From: Armatimonadota bacterium
GTDB lineage: Bacteria > Sysuimicrobiota > Sysuimicrobiia > Sysuimicrobiales > Humicultoraceae
Reading direction: 5' to 3'
NCBI GenBank assembly: GCA_052386995.1
Contig: JBQTJP010000110.1
Location: forward strand, 50,730-114,729
DNA: 64,000 nt
In this document: piece after piece, positions 8,738-18,102 of the stretch
Layout of the letters: the number at the start of each line of letters is the position of its first letter
Position numbering within the stretch: position 1 is the stretch's first letter
Made by a program: the position numbers and the translations under genes
The notes under the pieces: model-generated
Databases searched by the model: none
Told to the model about the DNA's origin: nothing
The model's input: the letters and a program-made list of their open reading frames with translations, nothing else

Positions 8738-9832
8738 TTACTGAGGCCTCTCCAGCACCTCCGACCAGGCGGTGGCGAGGCGTCGGAGGATGTGCCGGGG
8801 GTGAATCCCCGAGAGTCCGAGTTGAAACCGGCTGCACGAGTGTGTGACGTTCACGAGTTGACGGGGCAGCGCGAAGTGTTCGCGCGCCGATGGGGTCCAG
8901 CGGCCAAACCCTACGCCAAAAGCCGCCACGAACCCGCGCTCTTTCAGCAACGAGGCCGCTCGGGCATCGTAGTGGCCGAACGGATAGGCGAACACCTTTT
9001 CCACCGTACCTAGTTCACGCTCGAGGTCGGCCTGGGAACCCTTGATTTCCATGACGAGTTCTTCGTCGGTGAGAGACGGCATCGATGCGTGCGTTCGGCC
9101 ATGCGAAGCAATGATCACGCCGTCTGCGGCCAGCGCGCGGAGCTCATCCCAGCTCAGAACCGTGGTTCGCGGCGCCACGCTGACACCCAGGGTGGCACGG
9201 AGATCGGCCATGCGGTGTTCAATTGCCTTAGGACTCTTGGTCCACAATTCGTTCCTGAGCTCTTTCAGCGCCGTCCAACGCCCGCGCGGGGTACGGAGGT
9301 CGACGCGTCCCGCGCCATTAAGGGTAACCTCTGCATTCGCCGCGTGCGAGAGCATCTGCCAGAGCTCGTCCCACCAGAAGAGCTTCGCCCGATCCGGATA
9401 GGCGGTGGGGACAAATACAACGGCGGGCACACCGTGGGCCTTGAGCACCGGCCACGCATGCGTTGAGAAATCCCGATAGCCGTCGTCGAAGGTCACCAGC
9501 GTGGCCCCCGCCGGGAGCGTTCGACCCTCCACCAGAGATGCCCTGAGCTCCTCGGCCCCTATGGGGACGTAGTGCCGGGCGATCAGGCGGATCTGCTCAG
9601 CGAAAGCCTGGGGGGTCGCGCTGATAACGCCGGGATGGCCACCGATGGGGTCACGTGCAGGGTCACTGACCCTGTGATAACAGAGGACCCGAAGAGACCG
9701 GGCCTGCTCGCGCAGGTCGCGCCCCCGCAGCATTCTCAGCAGTCCGGAGTGCCGCAGGACGAGGTCGGCCACCTGCTCCACAGCCAGCGCTGTACGTGGG
9801 CGGCCGGCGGACTCCATGACCCGTGCGACCAT
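8738..9832 (-). CDS. Polysaccharide deacetylase (CE4/NodB type)
   Basis: LCYHRV, VTFDDGY, SHGRTH, FAYPFG motifs. Confidence 0.9.
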   Translation of the reverse strand: MVARVMESAGRPRTALAVEQVADLVLRHSGLLRMLRGRDLREQARSLRVLCYHRVSDPARDPIGGHPGVISATPQAFAEQIRLIARHYVPIGAEELRASLVEGRTLPAGATLVTFDDGYRDFSTHAWPVLKAHGVPAVVFVPTAYPDRAKLFWWDELWQMLSHAANAEVTLNGAGRVDLRTPRGRWTALKELRNELWTKSPKAIEHRMADLRATLGVSVAPRTTVLSWDELRALAADGVIIASHGRTHASMPSLTDEELVMEIKGSQADLERELGTVEKVFAYPFGHYDARAASLLKERGFVAAFGVGFGRWTPSAREHFALPRQLVNVTHSCSRFQLGLSGIHPRHILRRLATAWSEVLERPQ

Positions 9833-9835
9833 GAC

Positions 9836-10558
9836 TTAGGTCTCCGATCCTTGAGAGTTCGATCCGGCTCGATTGACCCAGATGCCCAATCGCTCGCGTG
9901 TGCGCCAGACCAGGATACCGGGTCTCATCTGAGCGGACCGCAGGATCAGTGTCTCGAGGAGCGGCCCCGCATTGCCACGCGAGCGCGCGACGTATACCCC
10001 CAGGCCGCCCAAGAGCTGGAGTGAGAGCAACTCGATCGGGCGCTGGAACTCGACCGTTTCAAAGGCCTTGAGGGAAGGTCGGTTGCGGTTGCTCACCCGG
10101 GCGTAGACCCGCCGCACACCACGTTCTCTGGCATACTTGAGACACGTTCCCATGACCGCCTGAAACACGTGACTGCTTCGAAATTCGGGGGCGGTGTACG
10201 CATCATAGATGTACGCTTCCTCGTGGTTCAAGCGAATCTTCACCCCGATATCCTCGAGATCCCACGACCCGAAGCCCAGCCAGCTCCCGTGGATCATCCG
10301 CTCCCCTACGCGCGCGACGAAGCAGAGATGGCCGTTGCGAAGACGTTCAAAGAACCTCGCCGTGTCGACAAAGTCCGGGACCGGCGGAGCCTGGGACTCG
10401 CCCAGGGTCGCCGACGAAATGCACCCAATCGCGATCGCGATGCGGGGCGACACCTCCTGGAGCGGCGCGCCTGGGTCGCGAACGAGGATGGACTCGGACC
10501 ACTTTCGCCACAGCGAGCGTTTCGCGCCTGCGAGAACCTCACGTGCCTCATCGATCAT
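9836..10558 (-). CDS. GNAT-family acyltransferase
   Basis: YIYDAYTAPEFRSSHV (motif A-like), NRPSLKAFETVEF. Confidence 0.75.
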   Translation of the reverse strand: MIDEAREVLAGAKRSLWRKWSESILVRDPGAPLQEVSPRIAIAIGCISSATLGESQAPPVPDFVDTARFFERLRNGHLCFVARVGERMIHGSWLGFGSWDLEDIGVKIRLNHEEAYIYDAYTAPEFRSSHVFQAVMGTCLKYARERGVRRVYARVSNRNRPSLKAFETVEFQRPIELLSLQLLGGLGVYVARSRGNAGPLLETLILRSAQMRPGILVWRTRERLGIWVNRAGSNSQGSET

Positions 10559-10612
10559 GGCAGGTGTCGTTCACGATCTCTTGCCGCCCCGACGTGCCAC
10601 GGGCCATCGTGG

Positions 10613-11431
10613 TTAGGTTTTGTGCAACAAACCGACATAGTAGACCTTGTCCCACCGGTACACCCCGCGTCGCGTCGGCTTGGGAATGATCAGCGCGGCC
10701 AGCCCTTGCGCGTCCGCGAAGTCCAGAAACGCGTCGTGCTCCTGGACGTCATCCACCATGAGCACCCCTCCGGGGCGCATGTGCGGCCACAACAGACGCC
10801 AGGCGCGCAGCATCCCCTCGTAACTCTTGTCTGAGTCATAGAAGAATACGTCGACCGGGCCAACACGGTTCAGCACAGCGGGCAGCACCCGCCGGTCTGG
10901 ACCCAAGAGCAGCTGCCAGCGGCCCGAGGCTCGAAGGCGCTGCGGGATCGCGCCGCCGGTATACGACGTCACTCCAGGGCGGAACATCGGAAGGTCCACG
11001 CTGCAGAGGGTACCGCGCTCGTTGTCCTCTAACGCCTGCAGAATCGCGGCCGTACTGTACCCGTGGGCGACGCCGGTCTCTAGAACGACAGTGGGCTTGA
11101 GCAGCCGAACCACGGCATAGCATGCTTCGAGGAACGCAGCGCCTCCCAGTTCGCGGGCCGGGGTGGGAATCGCGTAGGCCTCCAGCTCGGCAAGGAGCCG
11201 CCGCAGCGACGGCGCCTCCATATGACCCTGAATGACGGCCGGAGCCGCTCCTGCGAGCTTCGAGATCCCATCCGCCGGCGGACTCGCCAGCGTCGGGTAG
11301 GCGTCGACGCGCTTGCGGTGGCGCCTCAGCGTGACTCTCGAAATGGACTTCCACCACACCTCCGGCAGCAGCGAGGGATCACGCAGCACGCGTTCCAAGA
11401 CGGCGACTCCCTGCGTCGCAAACCTGCGCAT
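10613..11431 (-). CDS. Class I SAM-dependent methyltransferase (Methyltransf_24-like)
   Basis: VVLETGVAHGYST, SVDLP, FFYDSDKSY, PGGVLMVDD. Confidence 0.85.
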   Translation of the reverse strand: MRRFATQGVAVLERVLRDPSLLPEVWWKSISRVTLRRHRKRVDAYPTLASPPADGISKLAGAAPAVIQGHMEAPSLRRLLAELEAYAIPTPARELGGAAFLEACYAVVRLLKPTVVLETGVAHGYSTAAILQALEDNERGTLCSVDLPMFRPGVTSYTGGAIPQRLRASGRWQLLLGPDRRVLPAVLNRVGPVDVFFYDSDKSYEGMLRAWRLLWPHMRPGGVLMVDDVQEHDAFLDFADAQGLAALIIPKPTRRGVYRWDKVYYVGLLHKT

Positions 11432-11455
11432 AGATTCGTTAAGTCGAGCCTGGGG

Positions 11456-12781
11456 TTAGAGTCTTTCGAGCTGCGGCGTGGGGCGCGGCGGAAGGTAGGC
11501 GAGGAGCATAAAGATGAATGGCAGGAGTTGAGGGCGTTGCCGGGCGATGATGGCGAAGTTGGAGATGCCCGAGAAGAAGAATGCGAACAACAAGATGAAG
11601 ACGACGGCAAGCATCATGAACGCGTTCCCCGGCGCGGCGGCAACCGCGGCGGCGAGGCTCTTCCACTTCCTAAAGAACAGCAGAATGAGGAAGATGCCTT
11701 CCACCGCCGAGATCATCGCAAACGCGTTGTGGGCTTCCCACGGAAATGGCCGAAAGAACACGGTGCTGAGTCCGTCGACGAACGCGATTGGATTCGTGGG
11801 CACGACGCGATGGATCGCCGCCCCCCCGCGCTCGGTCCTCTCCTGACGGTCCTCGATGTAGCTGAGGACGCCGTCCGGCGTGAGATCATCGAGCTGGATG
11901 TAGCCCGCGGACGTTTGCACGACAAAGATGGCGACGACCGCGAACACCAGCACTACCGCGATGCGCACCATGGGCGTCAACAGGCCGGCGCGTGCCGGCC
12001 GCCACACCGAGGCGGCCGCGACCGCCACGCCGATAATGCCCGCGACGTGCGGTCGAATCACCATGACGCCACCCAGACCGACGCCCATGATCACGAGGCT
12101 CGACAGCGCTATGCGTCGCATGAGCCGCGCCGCCCCGTAGGTCCCTAAGCCGAGGCAAAAGCACACGAGGGCGTCCTTCCCCAGGCTGCTCGTCCACAGC
12201 GCCATCGATGGGTACAGCATGATCAAATAGGCAAAAAGCCGGCGGTTGCCATTGGGAACCGCGGTGACAAACGCCTTGTAAAAGAACAGCATGCCGAGCA
12301 GTCCGAGCCACGCCCAGAACACGAAGGCGCCGATGAGCGTGGGGCCGGTGAAGAGATAGAAGATTCCCGTGATGAGCGTGACCATATCCGTGCCGTGATA
12401 GTCGGTGATATCCGGCGAGCCCCCGGCCAGGATCGCCGCCGCCGCGCGGCTGCCGCCGCCGTGGTAGCCGACCGCGTCCGCAAAGCCGCCGTACTGATCG
12501 AAGATGAACCACAGACGAAACACGATCGCGCCGAACTTGAGGAACAGGGCCACGATCAGCAGGCGGAACAGTAGCGTGCCTATTGGATCGTCTCGACTGG
12601 CCAGGTGGAAGATCACGAGCGAGGCCATGACCACGCCGGCAATGATCACGGCGGCCCGCATGCCCTCGATGTCTTGAATCGCGATGAAGCTGCCGATCAC
12701 GCCGGCGATGGCCACAAAGACGATCCCGGGGCCCAATCGCTTTCCCACATTCGTTGAGTACGTGGACGTGCGCACGCTCAT
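11456..12781 (-). CDS. Polytopic membrane protein, probable Wzy-like polymerase
   Basis: About 10 TM segments; PSMALWTSSLGKDA, IRPH, PFPWE, IIARQRPQ; ATG at 12781 with AAGGAGG RBS; cluster context. Confidence 0.65.
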   Translation of the reverse strand: MSVRTSTYSTNVGKRLGPGIVFVAIAGVIGSFIAIQDIEGMRAAVIIAGVVMASLVIFHLASRDDPIGTLLFRLLIVALFLKFGAIVFRLWFIFDQYGGFADAVGYHGGGSRAAAAILAGGSPDITDYHGTDMVTLITGIFYLFTGPTLIGAFVFWAWLGLLGMLFFYKAFVTAVPNGNRRLFAYLIMLYPSMALWTSSLGKDALVCFCLGLGTYGAARLMRRIALSSLVIMGVGLGGVMVIRPHVAGIIGVAVAAASVWRPARAGLLTPMVRIAVVLVFAVVAIFVVQTSAGYIQLDDLTPDGVLSYIEDRQERTERGGAAIHRVVPTNPIAFVDGLSTVFFRPFPWEAHNAFAMISAVEGIFLILLFFRKWKSLAAAVAAAPGNAFMMLAVVFILLFAFFFSGISNFAIIARQRPQLLPFIFMLLAYLPPRPTPQLERL

Positions 12782-12828
12782 CGCGCGAATGCCTCCTTGA
12801 AAATCCCGGGAGCCCGGGCGCAGGCAGG

Positions 12829-14178
12829 CTACAGCCGAACGATCTTCGCTCGCCCCTCCGCGACCTCGCGGGTCGCGTTGCGCGTATCCATCACGAGCCG
12901 CGCGTTGCGCACGACCCAGCGATAGTCGACGCATGAGTGATCGGCCACGATCATCACGCAATCCGCGCTTCGGAGCGCGGCCGCCGTCAGCGGCCGGCTC
13001 GCAAGCGAGTGCCCATTGACCGACAGCCTCGGCACGTAGGGATCGTGATAGCTGACTTTCACGCCGTGCTGGATCAGCAGTTGGATGATCTTCAGCGCCG
13101 GCGACTCGCGGTAGTCGTCGACATCTTTCTTGAAGGTGACGCCCAGCACGAGCAGGCGCACCGCGCCGGGACGATGCCGGTGACCGTTGAGAGCGAGGAG
13201 CGTCTTGGTGACGACGTGGTACGGCATCTCCTCATTGACCCGGGCCGCGAGCTCAATGAAGTCCATGTGAAAGTCGTATTCTCGGGCCTTCCAGGCCAGG
13301 TAATACGGATCGACCGGAATGCAGTGGCCGCCCACCCCGGGCCCGGGCTGAAATCGCAGAAATCCATAGGGCTTGGTCGCCGCCGCGTCGATGACCTCCC
13401 AGATGTCCAGCCCCATGCGGTCACACAGCATGGCCAGCTGGTTCACCAGGGCGATGTTGACGTTGCGGAAGACATTCTCGAGCAACTTGGACAGCTCGGC
13501 CGTCACCGATGAGGACACCGTCTTGACAGGCGTCCCGAGGGCGCCGAAGAGACGCGCCGCGCGCCGTGTGCTCTCCGGGTCGACGCCGCCTACGACCACC
13601 GGCGTGTTCCGAATGGTGTAGTCCTGCCTTCCGGGGTCGACACGCTCCGGCACGAAAGCCAGAAAGATGTCGCGCCCGACCGACAGACCGTGGGATTCCA
13701 GGATCGGCAAGACCAGTTCCTCAGTCGTGCCAGGGTAGGACGTGCTCCGCAAGATCACCAGCTGGCCGGGCCGGAGGTGCTCGGCAACGCCACGGGTGGC
13801 GCTGGCGATGCTCGACGTATCGGGTTGCTTGTTCGGTGTGCAGGGCGTCGGTACGCAGATGAAAATCACATCGGCGCGCGAGAGTCCCTCATAGGCCGTG
13901 TCGACCTTGAGACGACCGGAGGCCTGAACCGCGGCAATATCGGCCGCGGGCACGTCGCCGACAGGCGACGAGTTGCTGAGCAAGGTGTCGATCCGCGCCG
14001 AATCGACATCGATTCCAAGCACGCGGAACCCTTCCTGGGCAAAAGCCACAGCCAGAGGCAGGCCCACATATCCGAGGCCGATGACCGCGATGTGAGCCTC
14101 TTTGGTCCGCACCAGGTCATTGAACTGCGCCGGCCTGGAGGCCTTCGATGCGGCATATTCGACAGTGGCTATCGTCAT
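12829..14178 (-). CDS. Nucleotide-sugar (UDP-HexNAc) 6-dehydrogenase
   Basis: GLGYVGLP, ICVPTP, PERVDPG, KLLEN, GVGGHCIPVDP catalytic motif. Confidence 0.93.
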   Translation of the reverse strand: MTIATVEYAASKASRPAQFNDLVRTKEAHIAVIGLGYVGLPLAVAFAQEGFRVLGIDVDSARIDTLLSNSSPVGDVPAADIAAVQASGRLKVDTAYEGLSRADVIFICVPTPCTPNKQPDTSSIASATRGVAEHLRPGQLVILRSTSYPGTTEELVLPILESHGLSVGRDIFLAFVPERVDPGRQDYTIRNTPVVVGGVDPESTRRAARLFGALGTPVKTVSSSVTAELSKLLENVFRNVNIALVNQLAMLCDRMGLDIWEVIDAAATKPYGFLRFQPGPGVGGHCIPVDPYYLAWKAREYDFHMDFIELAARVNEEMPYHVVTKTLLALNGHRHRPGAVRLLVLGVTFKKDVDDYRESPALKIIQLLIQHGVKVSYHDPYVPRLSVNGHSLASRPLTAAALRSADCVMIVADHSCVDYRWVVRNARLVMDTRNATREVAEGRAKIVRL

Positions 14179-14243
14179 TGATAAGGCTCCGCCGTCCCGG
14201 GTACATTCCCCAGGCGAATGATGGCCAAAATTGGACGAGCGCA

Positions 14244-14261
14244 GGGACGCAAGCGCGTCCC
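14244..14261 (-). terminator. Stem-loop immediately after the NusG-paralog stop codon
   Basis: gggacgc-aagc-gcgtccc, a perfect 7-bp stem; only a weak, displaced U-run downstream. Confidence 0.4.
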
Positions 14262-14270
14262 CTCCCTGCC

Positions 14271-14789
14271 TCAGGCGACGAGTTCTACGTCTGTAACGTC
14301 CATCTCCACAGGCGTGAGACAGCCCATCAACTGGAGTAGCACGCGCACCCGCTCACCGCGGCTCGCCGGCCGCTCCAGAATCCCCTGCAAACCGACAAAC
14401 GGTCCGTGCACCACGTGCACCGCCGAGCCGACCTTCAGGCGCCATCCGGCCTCCAGTGGGATGATCTCCGCATCCCCGCAGCGTTCGCGGAGCATCCCGA
14501 TGGCCTCGGCCGGAACAGGCGTCGGAACATCGTCGGTCGCCACGATCCGCTTGACGCCTGGCGCCCACTTGACCGCGTGCCAGGATTCCGGCTCCAACCG
14601 CATCTGGACAAACAGATATGAAGGAAACAACGGCTCGACAACCTTCACGCGGCGGGATCGCCGCCGGCGAAGGTCCGAAACCTTTGGCAGAAAGACCGAG
14701 AGCCCCGAGCGTGCGCGCAACCAGCCGTGGACACGGTCTTCCTGCCGCGGCTTGGTTTGCACGGCATACCAGGACAGTTCATCATCCAT
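14271..14789 (-). CDS. RfaH/UpxY-type NusG paralog (transcription antiterminator)
   Basis: WYAVQTKPRQE, PLFPSYLFV (NGN domain), GPFVGLQG (KOW); inside an EPS operon. Confidence 0.9.
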   Translation of the reverse strand: MDDELSWYAVQTKPRQEDRVHGWLRARSGLSVFLPKVSDLRRRRSRRVKVVEPLFPSYLFVQMRLEPESWHAVKWAPGVKRIVATDDVPTPVPAEAIGMLRERCGDAEIIPLEAGWRLKVGSAVHVVHGPFVGLQGILERPASRGERVRVLLQLMGCLTPVEMDVTDVELVA

Positions 14790-14822
14790 GGCGCGTTATA
14801 CTGGACCCGTTCATTGGGGAGC

Positions 14823-15479
14823 CTACGCGCCGGCCAAGGCCCGGCCCCGCGCGCGGTTCAGCACAGTCCCCAGGATGCGGGCCTCCACCCGTTCGAGCAA
14901 CCGACGCATCTCCTGCTGCTCGCGTCGGGACGCGCCTTGGGGCGATACCACCAGCAGCACGCCATCGGCCTCTTTGCCGATGTACAACGTGTCCGGATAA
15001 CTCAACATCGGTGCGGTATCGATCACCACAAGATCGAAGCGCTCGCGCAGGCCGTTGAAGGCAGTCTCGAGCGCTGGCTGGATGAGCAGCGCCTGCGCCG
15101 GCGCCTGGACCCTCCCGGCCGGCACGAACGACAGGTGAGGGATCTTGGTGGCCACAACGACGCTCTGCAGGTCCGCTTTCCCCGTCAGGAGGTCCGCGAG
15201 CCCGGGCATGTGGTTGAGGCCGAAGGCCTTGTGCAGTTCCGGCTCACGCAGGTTGGCATCGACGATCACCGTCGGCCGGCCCGTGCGGGCCATCATCATC
15301 GCAAGATTCAACGCGGTCGTCGAACACCCGTCGCCTGCCTGGGCGGCAGCCACTGCTACCGCCCGGGGAGGATTGCCGTTGTGGGCCAGCATCACGCTGG
15401 CCAGCAGGAGACCGTAGGCCTCCACGAAGGCCGTCCCTTGATCTATGGAGGCAATGGTAGTGAACCCGTTCGTTGGCAT
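14823..15479 (-). CDS. CpsD/CapB-like BY-kinase homolog with degenerate motifs
   Basis: Walker A GDGCSTT (Lys replaced by Cys), A' VDANLREP, B VIDTAP, ILGTVLN; no Tyr-rich tail. Confidence 0.85.
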   Translation of the reverse strand: MPTNGFTTIASIDQGTAFVEAYGLLLASVMLAHNGNPPRAVAVAAAQAGDGCSTTALNLAMMMARTGRPTVIVDANLREPELHKAFGLNHMPGLADLLTGKADLQSVVVATKIPHLSFVPAGRVQAPAQALLIQPALETAFNGLRERFDLVVIDTAPMLSYPDTLYIGKEADGVLLVVSPQGASRREQQEMRRLLERVEARILGTVLNRARGRALAGA

Positions 15480-15512
15480 CGTTCGTTCCCTCCTAAAACC
15501 CTCGCACGCGCC

Positions 15513-17111
15513 CTATCGGCCGTTCGCGGTACTCTCGGCCGGCGGCTGCGGCGAGCCCAACCAGTTGGCGACCACCGTGGCGGCATCCTGAATCCGCTCG
15601 GAGGCGCCGATGGGCACAGTGACATAGCCCCGGGCGATCGCCGCCCAGGCTGCGCCACCCATTAAGAGCAGCACAAACATGAAGGTAAACATCGCGGTCG
15701 CCGGCGCCGGGCGCGGTGTGCCGTGCGCCGGGATCTGCGCCAGGACCGGGACGCCGAGCGCGCGCTCCGCGTCCTGTGCGGTACGGATGCGATCATCCAT
15801 GGACTCGAGCAGCAGTGCCGCCAGGATGCCCAGGATCAGGCCCGCGAAGCCGGCGGCGGCTCCAAAGCGCGGGAACGCGGAGGGTTCTGCCCGCCCCGGT
15901 GCCACGGCGGCCTCGACCAGCTGCACACTCGCCGGTGAGAACCCGGCTTCATTCTCGCGCAGCAAGATCTCCTGATACCGCGTGGACAGTAATGTGTAGT
16001 TGGCCTCCATGATCCGGTTCTCGCGGGCCAGCCGGTTGAACTCCACTTCCACGGCCGGCACGATCGCGACCTGTCCCTGGCGGCGCCTCAGTGTGGACTG
16101 GAGCGCGGACACCCGCGCACTCACGGCTGCCTGCTCAATTTCCTGCGTCACGATGTCGGCGACCAACCGGGCGTGAATCGGGTTGGTGGTGGTCACCTCT
16201 TCACCAACCATCGTCCGCGCCTCGGCTATGAGGCGATTGCGCACGTCGGCGATCTCCCGGTTGAGGGCCTCCATGCGCGGATGCAGCGGTGTGTAGACCT
16301 GCGCCATCTGCGCGCGACGGAGCTCGAGTTCGATAATGTGGGTCTGGTACCGGCGGAAGGTCGGGTTCTCGGTCGTCGCCCGCCGCTCAACGATGCGCGG
16401 CTGCTCTCGCCCGAACCGTGCGCGGGCGGCCGTCAGGCGTGCGTCCGTCTCCATACGCGCCCGGTTGGCCGCGTCAAGCTCGACTTCGGCCGAGCGCATC
16501 GCCGAGAGGGCTCCGCCGCTCACGTCGGAGAGCGAGATGACTCGATTCCGCTCACGATAGGCCTGCAGTGCCCGTTCGGACTGTTCGAGCCGCGCACGGG
16601 ACTGCGTCATTTGATCCTCAACAAACCGGCGCACCTCGCTGACGCTGTTCCGGTTCGCCTCTCGGAAGTACGCGATGAACTCCTCTGAGGCCACATTCGC
16701 CAGGCTCGCCGAGCGCTCGGCGTTGTTCGTCGTCGCCGTGATCCTCACGAGCGAGGTCCCGCGCTCCGGCGCGGCCGTGATAGCCCGCTGCACCGTATGC
16801 GGACCGGCCATGCCCATCCGCTTCGCTACCCGTGTCGCGATCGGGCGACTATCGATCAGGGCCATGATGTCGCCAACGGTATTGTCATACCGGTTGAACA
16901 CAGGCATCGCCTCGCGCGGCAGCACCGTCGGTGGGTTTACCACGACGGGCGACGTCACCATCATCCGGGCGGTCGCCACGTAGCGGGCGGGGCGGCGGCC
17001 GATGGCCACGTAGGCAGCCCCGACGGCGATGATCGTGACAAGAATCACCAGCCAGAGGCGGTTTCGTACCGCCTGCCAGTACTGGCCTAATTCACTCGAA
17101 TGTCCGCTCAT
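15513..17111 (-). CDS. Wzc/GumC-type polysaccharide co-polymerase (membrane part)
   Basis: N-terminal TM, coiled coils, YTPLHP motif, second TM, DDRIRT...LGVPVLAQIP. Confidence 0.88.
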   Translation of the reverse strand: MSGHSSELGQYWQAVRNRLWLVILVTIIAVGAAYVAIGRRPARYVATARMMVTSPVVVNPPTVLPREAMPVFNRYDNTVGDIMALIDSRPIATRVAKRMGMAGPHTVQRAITAAPERGTSLVRITATTNNAERSASLANVASEEFIAYFREANRNSVSEVRRFVEDQMTQSRARLEQSERALQAYRERNRVISLSDVSGGALSAMRSAEVELDAANRARMETDARLTAARARFGREQPRIVERRATTENPTFRRYQTHIIELELRRAQMAQVYTPLHPRMEALNREIADVRNRLIAEARTMVGEEVTTTNPIHARLVADIVTQEIEQAAVSARVSALQSTLRRRQGQVAIVPAVEVEFNRLARENRIMEANYTLLSTRYQEILLRENEAGFSPASVQLVEAAVAPGRAEPSAFPRFGAAAGFAGLILGILAALLLESMDDRIRTAQDAERALGVPVLAQIPAHGTPRPAPATAMFTFMFVLLLMGGAAWAAIARGYVTVPIGASERIQDAATVVANWLGSPQPPAESTANGR

Positions 17112-17154
17112 AGCCCTGACTCCTCTCCCTTTCCGGCCTCAGGAAGTCCGACCA

Positions 17155-18102
17155 TTAGAAGCCTCCGAGCAGCGCGCGGATCAAGCTCAGTGGACCCAGA
17201 AAGCTCAAGATATCGGCCCACCGCACGCTGCGGTCCGGCGGGATGTAGACAACGTCCTCGTTCCTCAACGGGACATTTTGCTTCAGATCGCCCCGGACAA
17301 AGCTGGTCATGTCCACCGTCGTGACGGCGGTTTTGCCGTCGGGCCCGACACGAATGATGCCAATATTATTTATTGCTGACCGTTCGGCCGGTCCGCCGGC
17401 CGCCGAGATGACTTCGAAGATCCGCGCGCCCTCCTCGATGTCGTAGGCGCCCGGTCTGTTGACTGCGCCCATGAGCAGCACGCGATTTTGCAGCGTGGGA
17501 ACCATGATGACGTCCCCGGACTCGACGGGGAGGTTGTGCTCCCGGTCGCCCCTCATGAGAAGCGCCTCCAGGTTCACGGCCACGATCTGTCCGGTCGCCC
17601 GGCGAGTCAGGGTCGTGCGTCGCATGGCTGCCCTGGCAGTGACACCTCCGGCGGCTCCCATCACCTCGAGCACGGTCCATCCGCGCTGGATCTCAATGGA
17701 CCCCGGCCGGGAAACCTGCCCTACGACCTGAACGTATGATCGCCGAAACTCGCGGACGGAGACCGTGACCTGGGGCTCCCGAAGATAGGTCCGGAGCGCT
17801 TTCGTGATCCGCTCGGCCAACTCCGCGGGAGAGGAACCTGCCGCCTGGATGTCACCGAGCAGCGGCATATTGATCTTGCCGTCGGGACGGACCGTGATGG
17901 TCCGGGTGAGGTCGGCCTCACCGAACACCGTGATCTCCACGGAGTCACCGGCGGCGAGTACATACTGCTCCGGCTGCTGCGCCTGGACGCTCAAGGCGCC
18001 CAGGCCGAGCACCTGGGGCAAGAAAAAGAGAAGGGCCATGGCAACACGCCACGCCAACTTCCGATTCACCAGCCGGTGCGATTCTCTAGACGACCCTGGC
18101 AC
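17155..18102 (-). CDS. wza: Wza-like polysaccharide export protein (Poly_export + SLBB domains)
   Basis: YVLAAGDSVEITVFGE, VRPDGKINMPLLGDI, two SLBB repeats, amphipathic C-terminus. Start uncertain: GTG 18102 has a strong RBS; 18069 is an alternative. Confidence 0.88.
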   Translation of the reverse strand: MPGSSRESHRLVNRKLAWRVAMALLFFLPQVLGLGALSVQAQQPEQYVLAAGDSVEITVFGEADLTRTITVRPDGKINMPLLGDIQAAGSSPAELAERITKALRTYLREPQVTVSVREFRRSYVQVVGQVSRPGSIEIQRGWTVLEVMGAAGGVTARAAMRRTTLTRRATGQIVAVNLEALLMRGDREHNLPVESGDVIMVPTLQNRVLLMGAVNRPGAYDIEEGARIFEVISAAGGPAERSAINNIGIIRVGPDGKTAVTTVDMTSFVRGDLKQNVPLRNEDVVYIPPDRSVRWADILSFLGPLSLIRALLGGF

